Origin: Podarcis muralis
Taxonomy: Eukaryota
Length of the DNA: 64,000 nt
Assembly (NCBI RefSeq): GCF_964188315.1
Contig: NC_135661.1
Span: 57,226,001 to 57,290,000 of the forward strand
Direction of reading: 5' to 3'
The translations under genes were made by a program, and so were the position numbers. This document shows positions 24,131-36,100 of the stretch, piece by piece. The notes under the pieces were generated by a model. That model saw only the letters and a program-made list of their open reading frames with translations, had not been told where the DNA came from and searched no databases. Position 1 is the first letter of the stretch, and every line of letters begins with the position of its first letter.

Positions 24131-27100
24131 GCTTGAAATGATTCCCGTTGACCCACTTGAGTAGGAGGAATCCAGGACGAATGATCCCCCAAAGAGCCAG
24201 GTAGTGGATGCACTCTTTGGGGAAGGTTGTCACCCGTGTTTCTGTCCCTTGGCCACCCCAGTCCCAGATAATGAACAATCATTGACCAGGCCTTGGGGGG
24301 GGGGGCTTAGGGGGACCCCTTTGGTGGCATTTCCACCAGCCACCTGCCAGGCAGCTTTTAAACTATCTTTCGTATGTTTTTAGCTTTCTGCATTTTATCT
24401 GTGTTGCTTTAATTTGTGCAAGCCACCTTGAGTCCTGGGCTAGGAAGAAGGCAGGATACAAATAAATAACTAAAATAATAAAAATAATTTCTCCTTTGAC
24501 AGTCGCCGGGGAGAATGACCTGCACATTGTAGGTAAGCTTCTGCTGTGGTTCTTGTAAACAATGATTCCCCAGAAGTGTGATGGTGCCCGCCCTTCACTT
24601 CTTGGATTGCTTCACTCCCTCCCTGGCAAGCAGAGCTGTGAGCAGCACCAACGGGGCCATGGATTGTTCTCCACACTACACAAATAACCAAACTGTTGTA
24701 CCTGGGAAATGGTACAGCATTCACTGACTGGGCAAAACACAGGCCCAAGCCAGCCAGTTCCCACTGAGATGAGCTCCTCTGCTTGCTTCGTTCTGCTTCC
24801 ACTAAGTCTTTGTTTCTTATTTAATTTCTCTCTCCCTTCCTGCCTTCTGCCACCCTCCCAGAGCAGCTCCTGCAGCCCACAGAGCAAATCTTGGGTGCCC
24901 AGCCCCACTCTCTCTGAATTCTGAAACTTCACCAACCACACACTTCAAAGCCAAAGCTGAAATATTGCTTTTTGAAAGATTAAAACTTGCCTTGTTTTTG
25001 TGTACTAGGCACACATGTGGAGCTTTGCCTGAAGGTGCTGCCACTGATCCCCACTGCTGCGTCCATATGTATATTGTTCATTTTATAAGTGTGCATGGTG
25101 CCCTTCAATACAGATATTTCCATGGTCGCTTATGGGGAACGAGAATGATGCAGCCATTGGCTTCTGGGTAGCTTTAGCTGTGCCCAGGTTTGTCCATGCT
25201 GCTGCATTGTGGGACAGCAATAGGAGTGCTCCTGCAGCTTATTCTCCAGAAATGCTTCTCCCAAGGTCAGCCTACAAAGTTGTTTATGCTGCTCTCCTCT
25301 CTCCTCCTATAGGCTCTGATGTCACTGTCCAGATCATCTCAAGTGACGCCAACTTGCTAGTGCAGCTGCCTTTTGGTTCCCAGACACAGACTTTCTTGAC
25401 AGAGGTCAGGAAGCGCTGCAGCCCAGCAGGTACGATACTCTGTTACTCATGAGAAGGCCTCGAAGTTTGGGCTACATTTAATTTTGCAAAGGACTGGAGT
25501 GGGGGTCAGTGTTGAAGTCCTGAGACTTGTATGGGAGCTTGCCACAGTGACCAATTCTTTAAAAGGCTTCAAACCACCATATACTTGATTGTCACTGATG
25601 CGTTTCAGTGCAGCATTTCATGATAAGAAATATGGTCTGGGCTTCCAAGCCCTGGGCTTCCCTTGGTCACAGAGTTTGGCAAGGTTAGAGGAGCCTACGT
25701 TGTGCAAGTAGTCTAACAACCCACTGAGGAACAGACAGAAGTATCTTGGTCCCTGATGCTGGCAAGGACGTAGCTTGGATCCTCCTTGTTACAACAGCTC
25801 CACTGTTGTTACAAGGCTGCCTGGTTGTTTGCAGTTCAAAATGCTGGTTGTGACCATAAAGCCTTATATGTCCAGGCTATCTGGAGGACTGAATCTCCCC
25901 AAATTAGCCTGCCTGGGCTTTGAGATCTCATAGGAAGGCCTTTCTCTCAGTCTCACAACTTTCACAGGCATGCTTGGTGAGGACATGAGAGAGGGCCGCC
26001 TTCGTGGTTGCTCCCAGATGGCGGAACTCCCTTCCACAAGAGGCTAGCTTTCCTTTAGCCAGCAGTCCAAAACTTTTTTGTTTTGACAGGCCTTTGGCCA
26101 TTAACTGGCTGCTGTGGTAGGGTTTCTGAGAGGTGGTGGTGCGTGTTTGTGCAGTTTTAAATGGTTTTAAGTGGTTTCAGTGCTGTTTGTAATAGGATTA
26201 GTTTTTGATGTTTGTATTGATTGTTTGTGCTTAGTTATACCATATATGTTTTAATTTATGCTGTGAGCTGCCATGGGTCCTGCACTGGGAGTATAAGTCA
26301 GAATATAAAATAAACAATTAAATTCTCTGCCTGTGAGAGGATGACCTGGAGAGAGCAAGTGAGCAAGATGCATTTGTCATGGTGGGACAGATCCGGTGCT
26401 TGCTTGCTAGTGCAATGGGGCCTCCACCAGATGCAAGACCCCCTCTCCGGTGCCACTCTAGGGCAGGATGGCAACAAGACAGCAGCAGACAGTTAAGACA
26501 ACAAGAAGGAAGAATCCAAATTCTGCCTATGTGCTCTTGTAGTTGAGTGGAAAGACTAACCAGAAAGAGAGCCTCCGAAATATATCTCAGTGCAGCACAG
26601 TGGGTCATTCTATCCCCCCCCTCCTTCAATTAGTGGGGCCCTCCTCCTACCTAATTTATTAATTTCATAAAATTTACACACTGCTTGATTGCAAACAACC
26701 TAAAAGCCGTTTACAAAAAAACCAAAAAAACCAAAAACACACCAACCCAGGATAATATTATAAATAGGAAGCATTAACAACAATAATTTAAGACTTAATA
26801 GAAGTAAAAATAACTATAAACAAAAACATATTCAAACTCACATCAGCTTCATAAATATCTGGGTAGGCTGGTCTAAATAGAAATGTTTTTAGCAGGTGCT
26901 GAAAATAGTAGGGTGAAGGCGCCTGCCTGATATCAATAGGCGGCAAGTTCCAGAGTGTAGGTGCTGCCACACTAAAATGTTGAATTCTTACAAATGTGGA
27001 ATGGGTATTATTATGAGGCATCTGTAATAGTGCCAGTTCTGCAGATTGGTGCCGTTGAGTGGGTGAACAGGAGGCAAGGCAATCTCATAGGTAAACTGGT

Positions 27101-30100
27101 CCCAAGGTGTTAAGGGCCTTATATCCTAATAATAACCCATAGAACTTAACCTTGAACTTATGCCTTAAGTGACTGCCACCTTTCCTGCCCAGAAGTCCAA
27201 GGGGTTGCCACTTTCCTCTCCCACATCTATCAATCTCTTTCCCCCACCCCTACTTTCCCAAAAACCTTAGCCTTCTCACTCCCAACTGCGGTGAAGCTCA
27301 AGCGCACTTGATCGGACTCTTTTAGCCTTTCTCCCTTCGCCCCTTAATGTTCCGCCAGCGGGATAGACGCGGGAGTAGAGCTGCTGGCACGACCAGTATT
27401 ATGTATGGCGGGTCGTCAGCGCACACGGAGCTTACCAAAGCATGAGGGTCCGCCTGCAATGCGAGAAAATGCTCATTGTGATGGTCATGACCATCAACGA
27501 TGAATCAAGGTATTTTTAGCCGCGGTAGCGCGCGGCGAGGGAGTCCGCATCTTGCCATCCCTCCTGTGGGGGCGCTGCTGAGCTCCGCTGGGCTGATCTG
27601 GATCCGCTCCACCCTCGGGCGGGGGCGTTTCTGGAGGCGAACCCCACTGTGATTGGCCGAGCCGAGCGAAGGGTGTGGCCTGGTGGGCAGCCGCTCCTGG
27701 GATTCAGACCGGGCGATGTGCGCTTCTTGGCGGCGGCGCGCAGGTAGGAAGAGGCGCGCGCTGAGGACTAGGCGCTTGATCGCGACTCGGGAGGAAAAGA
27801 TGACCCGCCGTTGCCTGTGGTGCCCGGCCGGCCGGCTGGCTAGCCGCTAGCCTACTGGCGGGAAGCTCCTTGGAGCGGGGGGTTCTCCAGACTGTGCCCT
27901 ACCTCGCAGGGCCGTTGTGAGGGAAGCAGGGCCGCCGCCACTTGCTTCGCCTGGAGAGGCGGCAGCAGGTCCCGCCCATACTAGAGCCCGGTTAAGGGAA
28001 GGAAGATGCTGGGCCCCTTCCCCGACGCGCGCTGCAGCCCTAGGCCAGCCCTGCAGGTGCTGGCTGGGCGGGGGCAGCCCCGAGGCGCGCCCTCTTCCTG
28101 CTGCTCCGGGCTACCCGCCTTTTCCTCGGCTGGCGCTTCTTCCGCGCAGGCAACTACTCGGGAGGAGGAGGAGGATTTCGCCCTTGTACTTTGGTTGCAT
28201 TTTCCACACACCCAAAGTGGCTTTTGCCCTGCCTGGAGGGATGGAGAGAGCCGGGCTCCTCTGCAGGGAGGAGTCGGGAGAGATCCGTTGGCGCGGCGGC
28301 AGGAAATCCTTTGGCGGCAAACAGCCGCTCGCTCGTCTCGGGTCCCTGGTTGCTCCTGCAGCAGCAGCAGAAGCAGCACCTGCTGGTTCCTGGCTGGGAG
28401 CCCATTCCGCCTGCGGGGAAAATGCTCTCTGGGCGCGGTGGGCTTCAGGGCTAAGGGATCCCCCCCTCCAACACTTTCCTTCTCTGCCCAAGCAGCCCCC
28501 ACCTGCTGCTTGGCGATGCTCCATGTGGAGGCAGGAAGCTCTTTGCAATGTTGCAGTTTCAAGGCTCTTTTCCCCAGTCCCAGGCACGGCTGGCTTCAGG
28601 CTTTCCTGGTGGGTGGGGGTGGTGCAATCCCCCACCCCACCCGATGCTCTTGCCTGGCCTGGGCTTGTCTGCGAGGGCAGCAGCGGTTGGGCTGCTTCTG
28701 GCCTCAGAGAAGTTCGGCTGGTTTCTCTCCCTCCACCCCAGTGCCTCTTCCTTTCGTCATCCTGCAGAAAGTGGATTACCAAGAGGAGCGGATGTTGCCG
28801 TTTCAGCCAAAATAATATAGAGATGTTGAAAGTGGAGCTTACTCACAAACACTTGACCCGTAGTCTACCGAAAGAAAATTCTTTACAGACAGTATTCCTC
28901 ATTTTGGACTCTGGGATGTTGGGCTTTAGGAGGGAGCTTAACCTGCTGTTTAAAAATGTTCAGGGTTCCTAAAGCATTAATCAGAACTCAGTTTCAAATA
29001 TTCAAACTTCTGAAGTTTGAAGGTTTGCTAAATTGTGACTGTGGTTGCACTTCTTTTTCAGTACCCTGGAAGACCCCCCCTCCCCAGTATGTGGATCCAT
29101 TGGTTCCTTGAGCTTTGAAATGTGACTTAAAAACAAAAACACAGCACCATGAAAAGCTCAGTCTCTAGGAATGTAAGAGATTGTGAGTGATTGGTGTGTC
29201 CGTGTGCTATTTGTGGACTCAACCTCCCCCCGCTCCATGCTGCTGAATCACTTTAGATGTTTCTGGCTTTGCTCAGGCAGGCTTATCTGGTGCAGAGAGG
29301 GTTGCAGAATGGGCAGCTTTGCCTGCACCCCGTGATTTTAATACTCTACTTCTGGTCTTGAAGAAACATACTGTAATGTGAAAAACTGCTAATAACACCA
29401 TTGGCATTCGGATAATCTGCTAATAACACCGTTGGCATCTCAGGAGCTGATGGAGGGGTGTGCTTTTGCAGGTGAAGTCAAAGACCACTTGTAATTAAGT
29501 AGTCTAAAAAACCAGTAACGTGAAGCACAGATGACATTGCTGTTTCTTTGGGGCACGTGATTGTCCTGGTGCCTGCTTTTCAGACTAGTAAGGGGTGGCA
29601 GAGAAAAGGTGGCGTTTGTGTAGGACCAGAACATTAATCCCTTGGAGAAGGCAGGAGCGGGAATTGGGATCTGGGAGGCTGCCATTGGCTATGCTGGATC
29701 CTCTTTCCTAGCCCACAGGGCTCGCTGCTTCTGCTCTCATTGTGGCCTGTGGCTCTGATCTGTGCTAAAAGGCAGCTTGCTCGCTTTCCTCCCAAGTTCT
29801 CCCTCTTGCTATGTTCATCTTTTTCCGCTTGTCCATCCCTGAGACCAATTGTGAGGAGCGCAGCATTCTGGCAGCCTTCCCTTCCCCCCACCCCAAGGAA
29901 TGGTGAAGCCGAGATAAGGAGGAGCCTCCTCCTTCTCTGAGAGTCAGCCTTGGGCAGGCTGACATTTCCCAGGCACTGGTCAGAGACAGACAGCTTTCAT
30001 GGGCTTCCTTTTGCTTCCAGGAGTTGCTGGGAATGAGGACCCAAAGCAGAAAGGGAAACAGCCACCAGCTATGAACCAGATGGGCAGCACAAGTGGTGCC

Positions 30101-33100
30101 AGTCCTGCTGCTGCCGTCCCCAAGTAAGTTGAACATGACAGCCACAGCCAGCCTTGGAAACATGTAACGTAATGGGGTCAGAGTGCCTCTGTGCCTTTTG
30201 CTTCTGGGGTTGACAGGCTTGGATTGCGGTTCAGAGGGTGTCTTTTTCTCAGGCAGACTTCCAAAAGTTAACAGGAGCAGAACCTCCCTGAAATTTCTTT
30301 TACTATCCCTTCCCTCTCTCTTTATAGCAGTGGTTCCCAAACCTTATCTGGCCACTGGCCCCTTGGTTCTATAAAAGGCATTATTCAGAATAGTGGTTTG
30401 CATGACCCACTAAGGAAGATAATAACATAATAATAGCACACAGTAACAATTGCATATTTATTCATAATCCAATTACAGTGGTACCTTGGGTTACATATGC
30501 TTCAAGTTACAGACTCTGCTGACCCAGAAATATTACCTTGGGTTAAGAACTTTGCTTCAGGATGAGAACAGAAATCGTGCTCTGGCGGCGCAGCAGGAGG
30601 CCCCATTAGCTAAAGTGGTGCTTCAGGTTAAGAACAGTTTCAGTTTAAGAACGGACCTCCGGAACGAATTAAGTACTTAACCTGAGGTACCACTGTAGAA
30701 CTAATTAGTTTAATTCAACAAAATGAATGAACTTTATGTAGTGTTACCAACTTTTCTAAGTCTGATAGTCATTTGCACCTGCAGCACTCCCCCCCCCGCC
30801 TCTTAGCACCCCCTACGCAGGGAATCCCACAGCCCCTCAGAGGGCACCACTTTGGGAACCACTGTTTTAAAGAGTAACCTGCCTGACGTGTACTATAGCA
30901 ATTTTGAAGCAAAGGACAACCCCTACCGTGTGCTTGTGCAAGGTTCCCAAATTGGATTGGGCCCACAGCTGGGCCACTCCAAAGTGCCAGATAAGACCCT
31001 GTATCTAATGGGGGGGCAGTCCTCACCTTTCCTCTTGCAGACCTGTAAGGAGGGCAGTGGTCCTGAGGATGCAACACTTGTAAGTGTAGAACAAAGTGGG
31101 TTTTTCCTCCTGGCACTGACTCAGGGCAGTGAGGGGGAGGCATGTGGGCTAGTGTTGCAGCCCCACCTTGGCCCTCCTTGTGCCAGCGTGGGGCTCCTGG
31201 CTCCGCTTTGCTTTCTGCCGATAGCAACAACACCTGAAATAAACCAACCCCTGCCCCCTTCCCCAATCTTCCTCCCTCCCTCTGCCCTTTCCTCTCATTT
31301 CCAGGCCCAACAAGCCCAAGAATGACATCACTAGTGAGATGGTCCGGTCCTCCAGTGTGCTGGTGTCAGAGGAGATGCGGGGCTTGTCCATGCAGACCTT
31401 TGGGCTGAGAGACACCATCATCAAGTCTCAGCTCCTGCAGAAGGAGGACGAGTACACATACCTCCAGGGCTTCAAGTAAGGGTGATTATGAGAGAGCAAT
31501 GCCGGGTGTGTGTGTGGCAAAGGCAGCTTCACGCTTCCCCCAGGGGGAATGACCCTGAGCCTTTCCCACCACAAATGCACAAGCCCCTCGGCTATTTGCC
31601 TACTAATTTTATTTATTTATTGCATTCATACTCCACCTTTTTCTCTGGTGAGCTCAAGGTGGCATAGGTGCGTGTTTTTCCCCTTCCTCATTTAATCCCC
31701 ACAACAACCTTGTGAGGTAGGGTTTGCTGAGAAGCAGTAACTGGCCACCAAGGTCTCAGTTTCATAGCTGAGAGGGGATTCAAACCCTGGTTTCCCAGGT
31801 CCTAGACCAACACTTTAATCATTGCACTACGCTGGCTCTCACTCGGGTGCCAGGGCAGCTGGGCCTGGGTGTAGAAATGGCAGTGGGGTTCCTCCTCCTG
31901 TGCTGGTGGGGCAGAGGTTGTTGGCAAGATCTGGAGCAAGATTTTGTGTGTTTCTTGACAGGTTTTTCGTGGGCACATACAACGTGAATGGCCAGTCGCC
32001 CAAGGAGACTCTCCAGCCCTGGCTGAGCCACGATGCTGAGCCCCCAGACATTTACTGTGTGGGGTACGTTTTTCTTATCCATTTATTGTTATGTTTCTCG
32101 TCCACCTTTTATCTCCTCCAGGAGCGAAAGTAACATGCACGGGTCATACCCTCCTCATTCTGTCTGTACATCAGCCATGTGAGGTAGGCGAGCCTGAAAG
32201 GCAGTGACTCACTCTCAGGTCACATGGTGAGCTAGGTGGGAGGGATTTGCACCTGCCATCCCCTCCTGCCCTAGTCTTCCTCCTCCTCCTCCTCCTCCTC
32301 CTCCTCCTCCTCCTCCTCCTCCACTTGATGAGCATTGCCCACTTGGATACACGTGTGTGAGCACTTAACACTTGGATGCCATCTGGTTTAATTGACCCTT
32401 CATCTTTCTGCTTCACTAGGTAGAGGAGGTCTCTTGCTCCTGCAGTGCCTCGCAGCCACAGGAGGCATTGTTGGCCACCAACCTAGACTGCTTTAAAAGA
32501 GGATTGGACAAATTCATGGATGGCTATTAGCTTACAATGGCTAGGCTCTGCCTCCACAGTCGGACGCAGCAGTACTTCTGAATACCATTTGCTGGAAACC
32601 GCAGGAGGAGAGAGGGCTGTTCTTGTGCTCTATTCCTGCTTAAGGACTTTCCATGAGGGCATCTGGTTGGCCACTGTGAAAAGAGGATGCTGGACTCTAT
32701 GGGCCATTGACCTGATCCAGCAGGTCCTTCTTGGGTTCTTCTCCATGGAGGGAGGGTATGCCCCTAGCTCATGGTTTGCTCTCTTGAATGCAGCTTCCAG
32801 GAGCTTGACCTGAGCAAAGAGGCCTTTTTCTTCAATGACACGCCAAAAGAAGAGGAATGGTTCAAAGCTGTGACTGAGAGCCTTCACCCGGAGGCCAAGT
32901 ATGCCAAGGTGAGCTGGCTTCAGCTGCTGAGAGGCCCTAGTGACCCCCTCTTTCTCCCTGAGGCTCTTCTGCCCCTTCATGCAGCCCTCTGTGTGTGTGT
33001 TTGGGGGCGGGATGTTCTGCAGAAGAGGTTAATGGCAGGGGTTGGGGACAAGGGGACTCTGCTTCCCTGTGAAGGACTGTAAAAGAGGCTCATGCCTTCT

Positions 33101-36100
33101 CCAAGTCCACAGGTGATGGGGAAGGCAAAAAGGGGCCTTCTGCAAGGAGGGGGGGGGGGCAATTCCATTTTCCTTCCAGGCAATGTGGGCAGCAGCCAGT
33201 GAGGTCACACCTGGCATATTGGCAAGCTGGAACGTTAGCAGAGGGCAACCAATAAAGGGCATGGAAAACAAGCCTGATGAGGAACAGTTGAGGGAGTTGA
33301 GGATGTTAACCTGGAGAAGAGGAGACTGGGAGGTGATATAAGAGCCGTCTTCAAATATCTTGAGGGCTGTCACATGGAGGATAGAGAAAACTTGTTTTCT
33401 GCTGCTCCAGGGTTAGGACACGAACCAGTGGACTCAAATGACAACAAAGGAGGTTTTGACTAAACATTAGGAAGGACTCTGATAGTAAGGTGGTGGAGTC
33501 TCCTTCACTGGAGGTTTTTAAGCAGAAGTTGGATGGACATCTGTTGGGGATTGCTGAGCTATGATTCCTGCATTGCAGGGGTGTGAACTAAATGGCCCCA
33601 AGAGGTCATTTCTCTACAGACCTGTTATTCTATAGCCTTTGTCTCTTTGTTTCCCTGGTTAACATGCAGGTAAAGCTTATCCGGCTTGTTGGGATCCTGA
33701 TGCTATTCTACGTCAGGACTGAGCTCGCTGTGCATGTTTCTGAGGTGGAGGCCGAGACGGTTGGCACGGGCATCATGGGGAGGATGGTGAGTATTCATCA
33801 AGGGAAGGGTCTGCTGTTGCCATTCTGGGGCCACCCAGACCTCTCTCTGTGAGAGCCTTGTAGGGTGGTGCCCCCTCATCTATCTCATCTACTCTTGCAG
33901 GAGATGGACATGAGGGGGCCTCTGGGCTTTGTTTGGCCTGGGTACCAGGCTCCCCTGCAGAACGTGGGCTGCATCTGGACCCTCAAAAGGTTTTGAGGGG
34001 TCCCAACTCAACCCCACCCCCACAATTTGCCAAACTTTTTAAAAAAACCTTTTTTTAAAGGTTGTTACTATTATTGCATTTATATACCATTCTTTTGCAA
34101 AGAGTTCAGTGTGGTGCGCACACTTCTCCTTTGCATTTTATCTTCACAACAGCCCTGTGAGGTAGGTTAGGCTGAGAGGCAGTGACTGGCTCAAAGTCAT
34201 CCAATAGACTTCGTGGCTGAGCGGGGATTCAAACCCTGGTTTCTCCCTGATCCTAGTCTGACACTATAACCACTCTGACTCTGCACTATCTGCTCCTGTG
34301 GGTCCTCCGCAATGATTCTGTGATGCCCAAAAGTTTTTGTGAGTCACCGGAATTTCTCCTTTAATTAAAACTTGGCCATGCCCGCTTTTACATAGTTTTG
34401 CTTTAGCCCCTTGGCCCCCAAAAGGTTAGCCACCCCCTGCTTTGTAGGCCCTCTCTTTGCACCTTCGTGCTTGCTTCAGAGAGGTCTTGGCTGGTTGCTT
34501 TGGAGTCTCTTCTGCCTGCTCCTTCCATAGCAGGCAGGGAATAGAGTCGCCACCTTCTCTCTCTCTCTCCTGGCTTCTCCTCTGCTGCGAATGAAGGGCA
34601 ACAAGGGGGGAGTGGCCATCCGCTTCCGGTTCCACAACACCACCGTCTGCTTCGTGAACGCCCACCTGGCAGCCCACACCGAGGAGTACGAGCGGCGGAA
34701 CCAGGACTTCCGTGATATCTGTGGACGCATGCAGTTCTGCCCGCCAGAGCCAGGCCTCCCACCCCTCACCATTGGCAAGCACGAGTAAGTGGGGGCGGGG
34801 GGGGGGAGCAAGTGGGAAAGGATCCAGCCTATTCTGTGAAGTTGTGGAGCAAATATGGAAACTTGGCTTTATGGGTTGGGGAATAATAATAATATTTTTA
34901 TTATTTGTACCCCACCCATCTGAACTGTGTTTTTTGTTGTCGTCTTATGGTATGTCTCCTCAGGGCCTTGTCTCTTCTCTTCACCCCCCACCTCACCCCA
35001 TTCCCCTAATTTTTAATATTTGCTTGGCTTCGTGTAAATTTGATTCTATTACCTACCGTTTCTTTCTTTTTTAAAAATGAAAAGCAGTTTGGGGAGTGGC
35101 TGCTTAACCCCATTCCTTCCTGCCGTTTTCCCTTTCAAAGTACAACCCCACCCCATCTTGCACGGTGTCTTTCTCCCATGAAGGAGGGCGTTTTGGATGG
35201 AGAAACAGCTGGAAGGAAAGGAATTCAGCAACAGCAGATCTCCCTCCTTGTGCTCATAGACTTCTATAGTTGCTTTTCATTTGCTTTTGGAAAAAGCCTC
35301 TCCCAGGAGACAGTTGCATGTATCTGCTGTGTAATCTATAGTTTGGTTGTGCTGCTTATTTCATCAGCCAAGACAGTGATGGGAGTCCTCTGGACTACAG
35401 TTCCCATCATCCCTGGCCTTGGCTGTAGTATTGGGATTTGGAATCCAACTGGAGGACTGCATATTTATTTGGGGAAATCACCACCAGTCTCAAAGCAGCT
35501 CTCTTTGCCAGCACTGTAGTCTGCTGCCTGTCTTCCGCCTCCTAGCTATGTGAGGTGGCTTCAAGTCTAGGACTTGTGTGAAGGACCCTCTATTTCCCAG
35601 ACCTTCTGGTGGTCACTGATTTGCTTCCAAGTCAGTAGGAGGAACTAGGAATGTTGTGGGTGGGCAAGGAGCTGGGAACATCTCTTCATTTGCTGGGGTG
35701 ACACTGTGCATCTTGGGGCTACGTGGCTGGGAATGGGAGCTATGAAGAGCCTCAAGGGCGCTGGAGCCATTTCCTTACACCAGCGCCTCCCTTGCAGTGT
35801 GGTCTTGTGGCTGGGAGACTTGAACTACAGGCTGGAGGAGCAGGACGTGGAGCGGGTGAAGAAGCTGGTGGAGGCCCACGATTTCGCCACCCTTTATCAG
35901 CATGACCAAGTATGTGAGGGAGCTTTCGGTAGGCAGGCGAGATCTGCCTTCCAACAAGGGTCAACCTTCCAGAGAGAGAGAGTGCGGAGCTCTTGCGGCA
36001 TTCATGGGGCCAGGGCAGGTGTTGGGGGAATGCTGCTCTGTTGCTGCAGCTGGTTCCAGAAAGTGGCTAGGAATGGCTGGCGAATCTTTCAGCTACAAGA

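Noticed and set aside
22792-24282. 496-aa minus-strand ORF and other long ORFs over the INPP5B CpG island
   Set aside because: Low-complexity Pro/Ala/Gly/Arg sequence expected from GC-rich DNA with few stop codons; antisense to real INPP5B exons; no recognisable domain.
27340-27520. Possible snRNA, snoRNA or pre-miRNA (hairpin followed by a T-run)
   Set aside because: No match to U1, U7, U11 or U12 as recalled; the hairpin is only about 31 nt; no clear C/D or H/ACA layout. An Infernal/Rfam scan would settle it.
27917-28972. 351-aa and 269-aa plus-strand ORFs in the internal island
   Set aside because: GC-driven ORFs with no motifs, lying inside an INPP5B intron.
29385-29438. Short direct repeat (CTGCTAATAACACC.TTGGCAT, twice)
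   Set aside because: A simple local tandem duplication in an intron with only two units; not an array.
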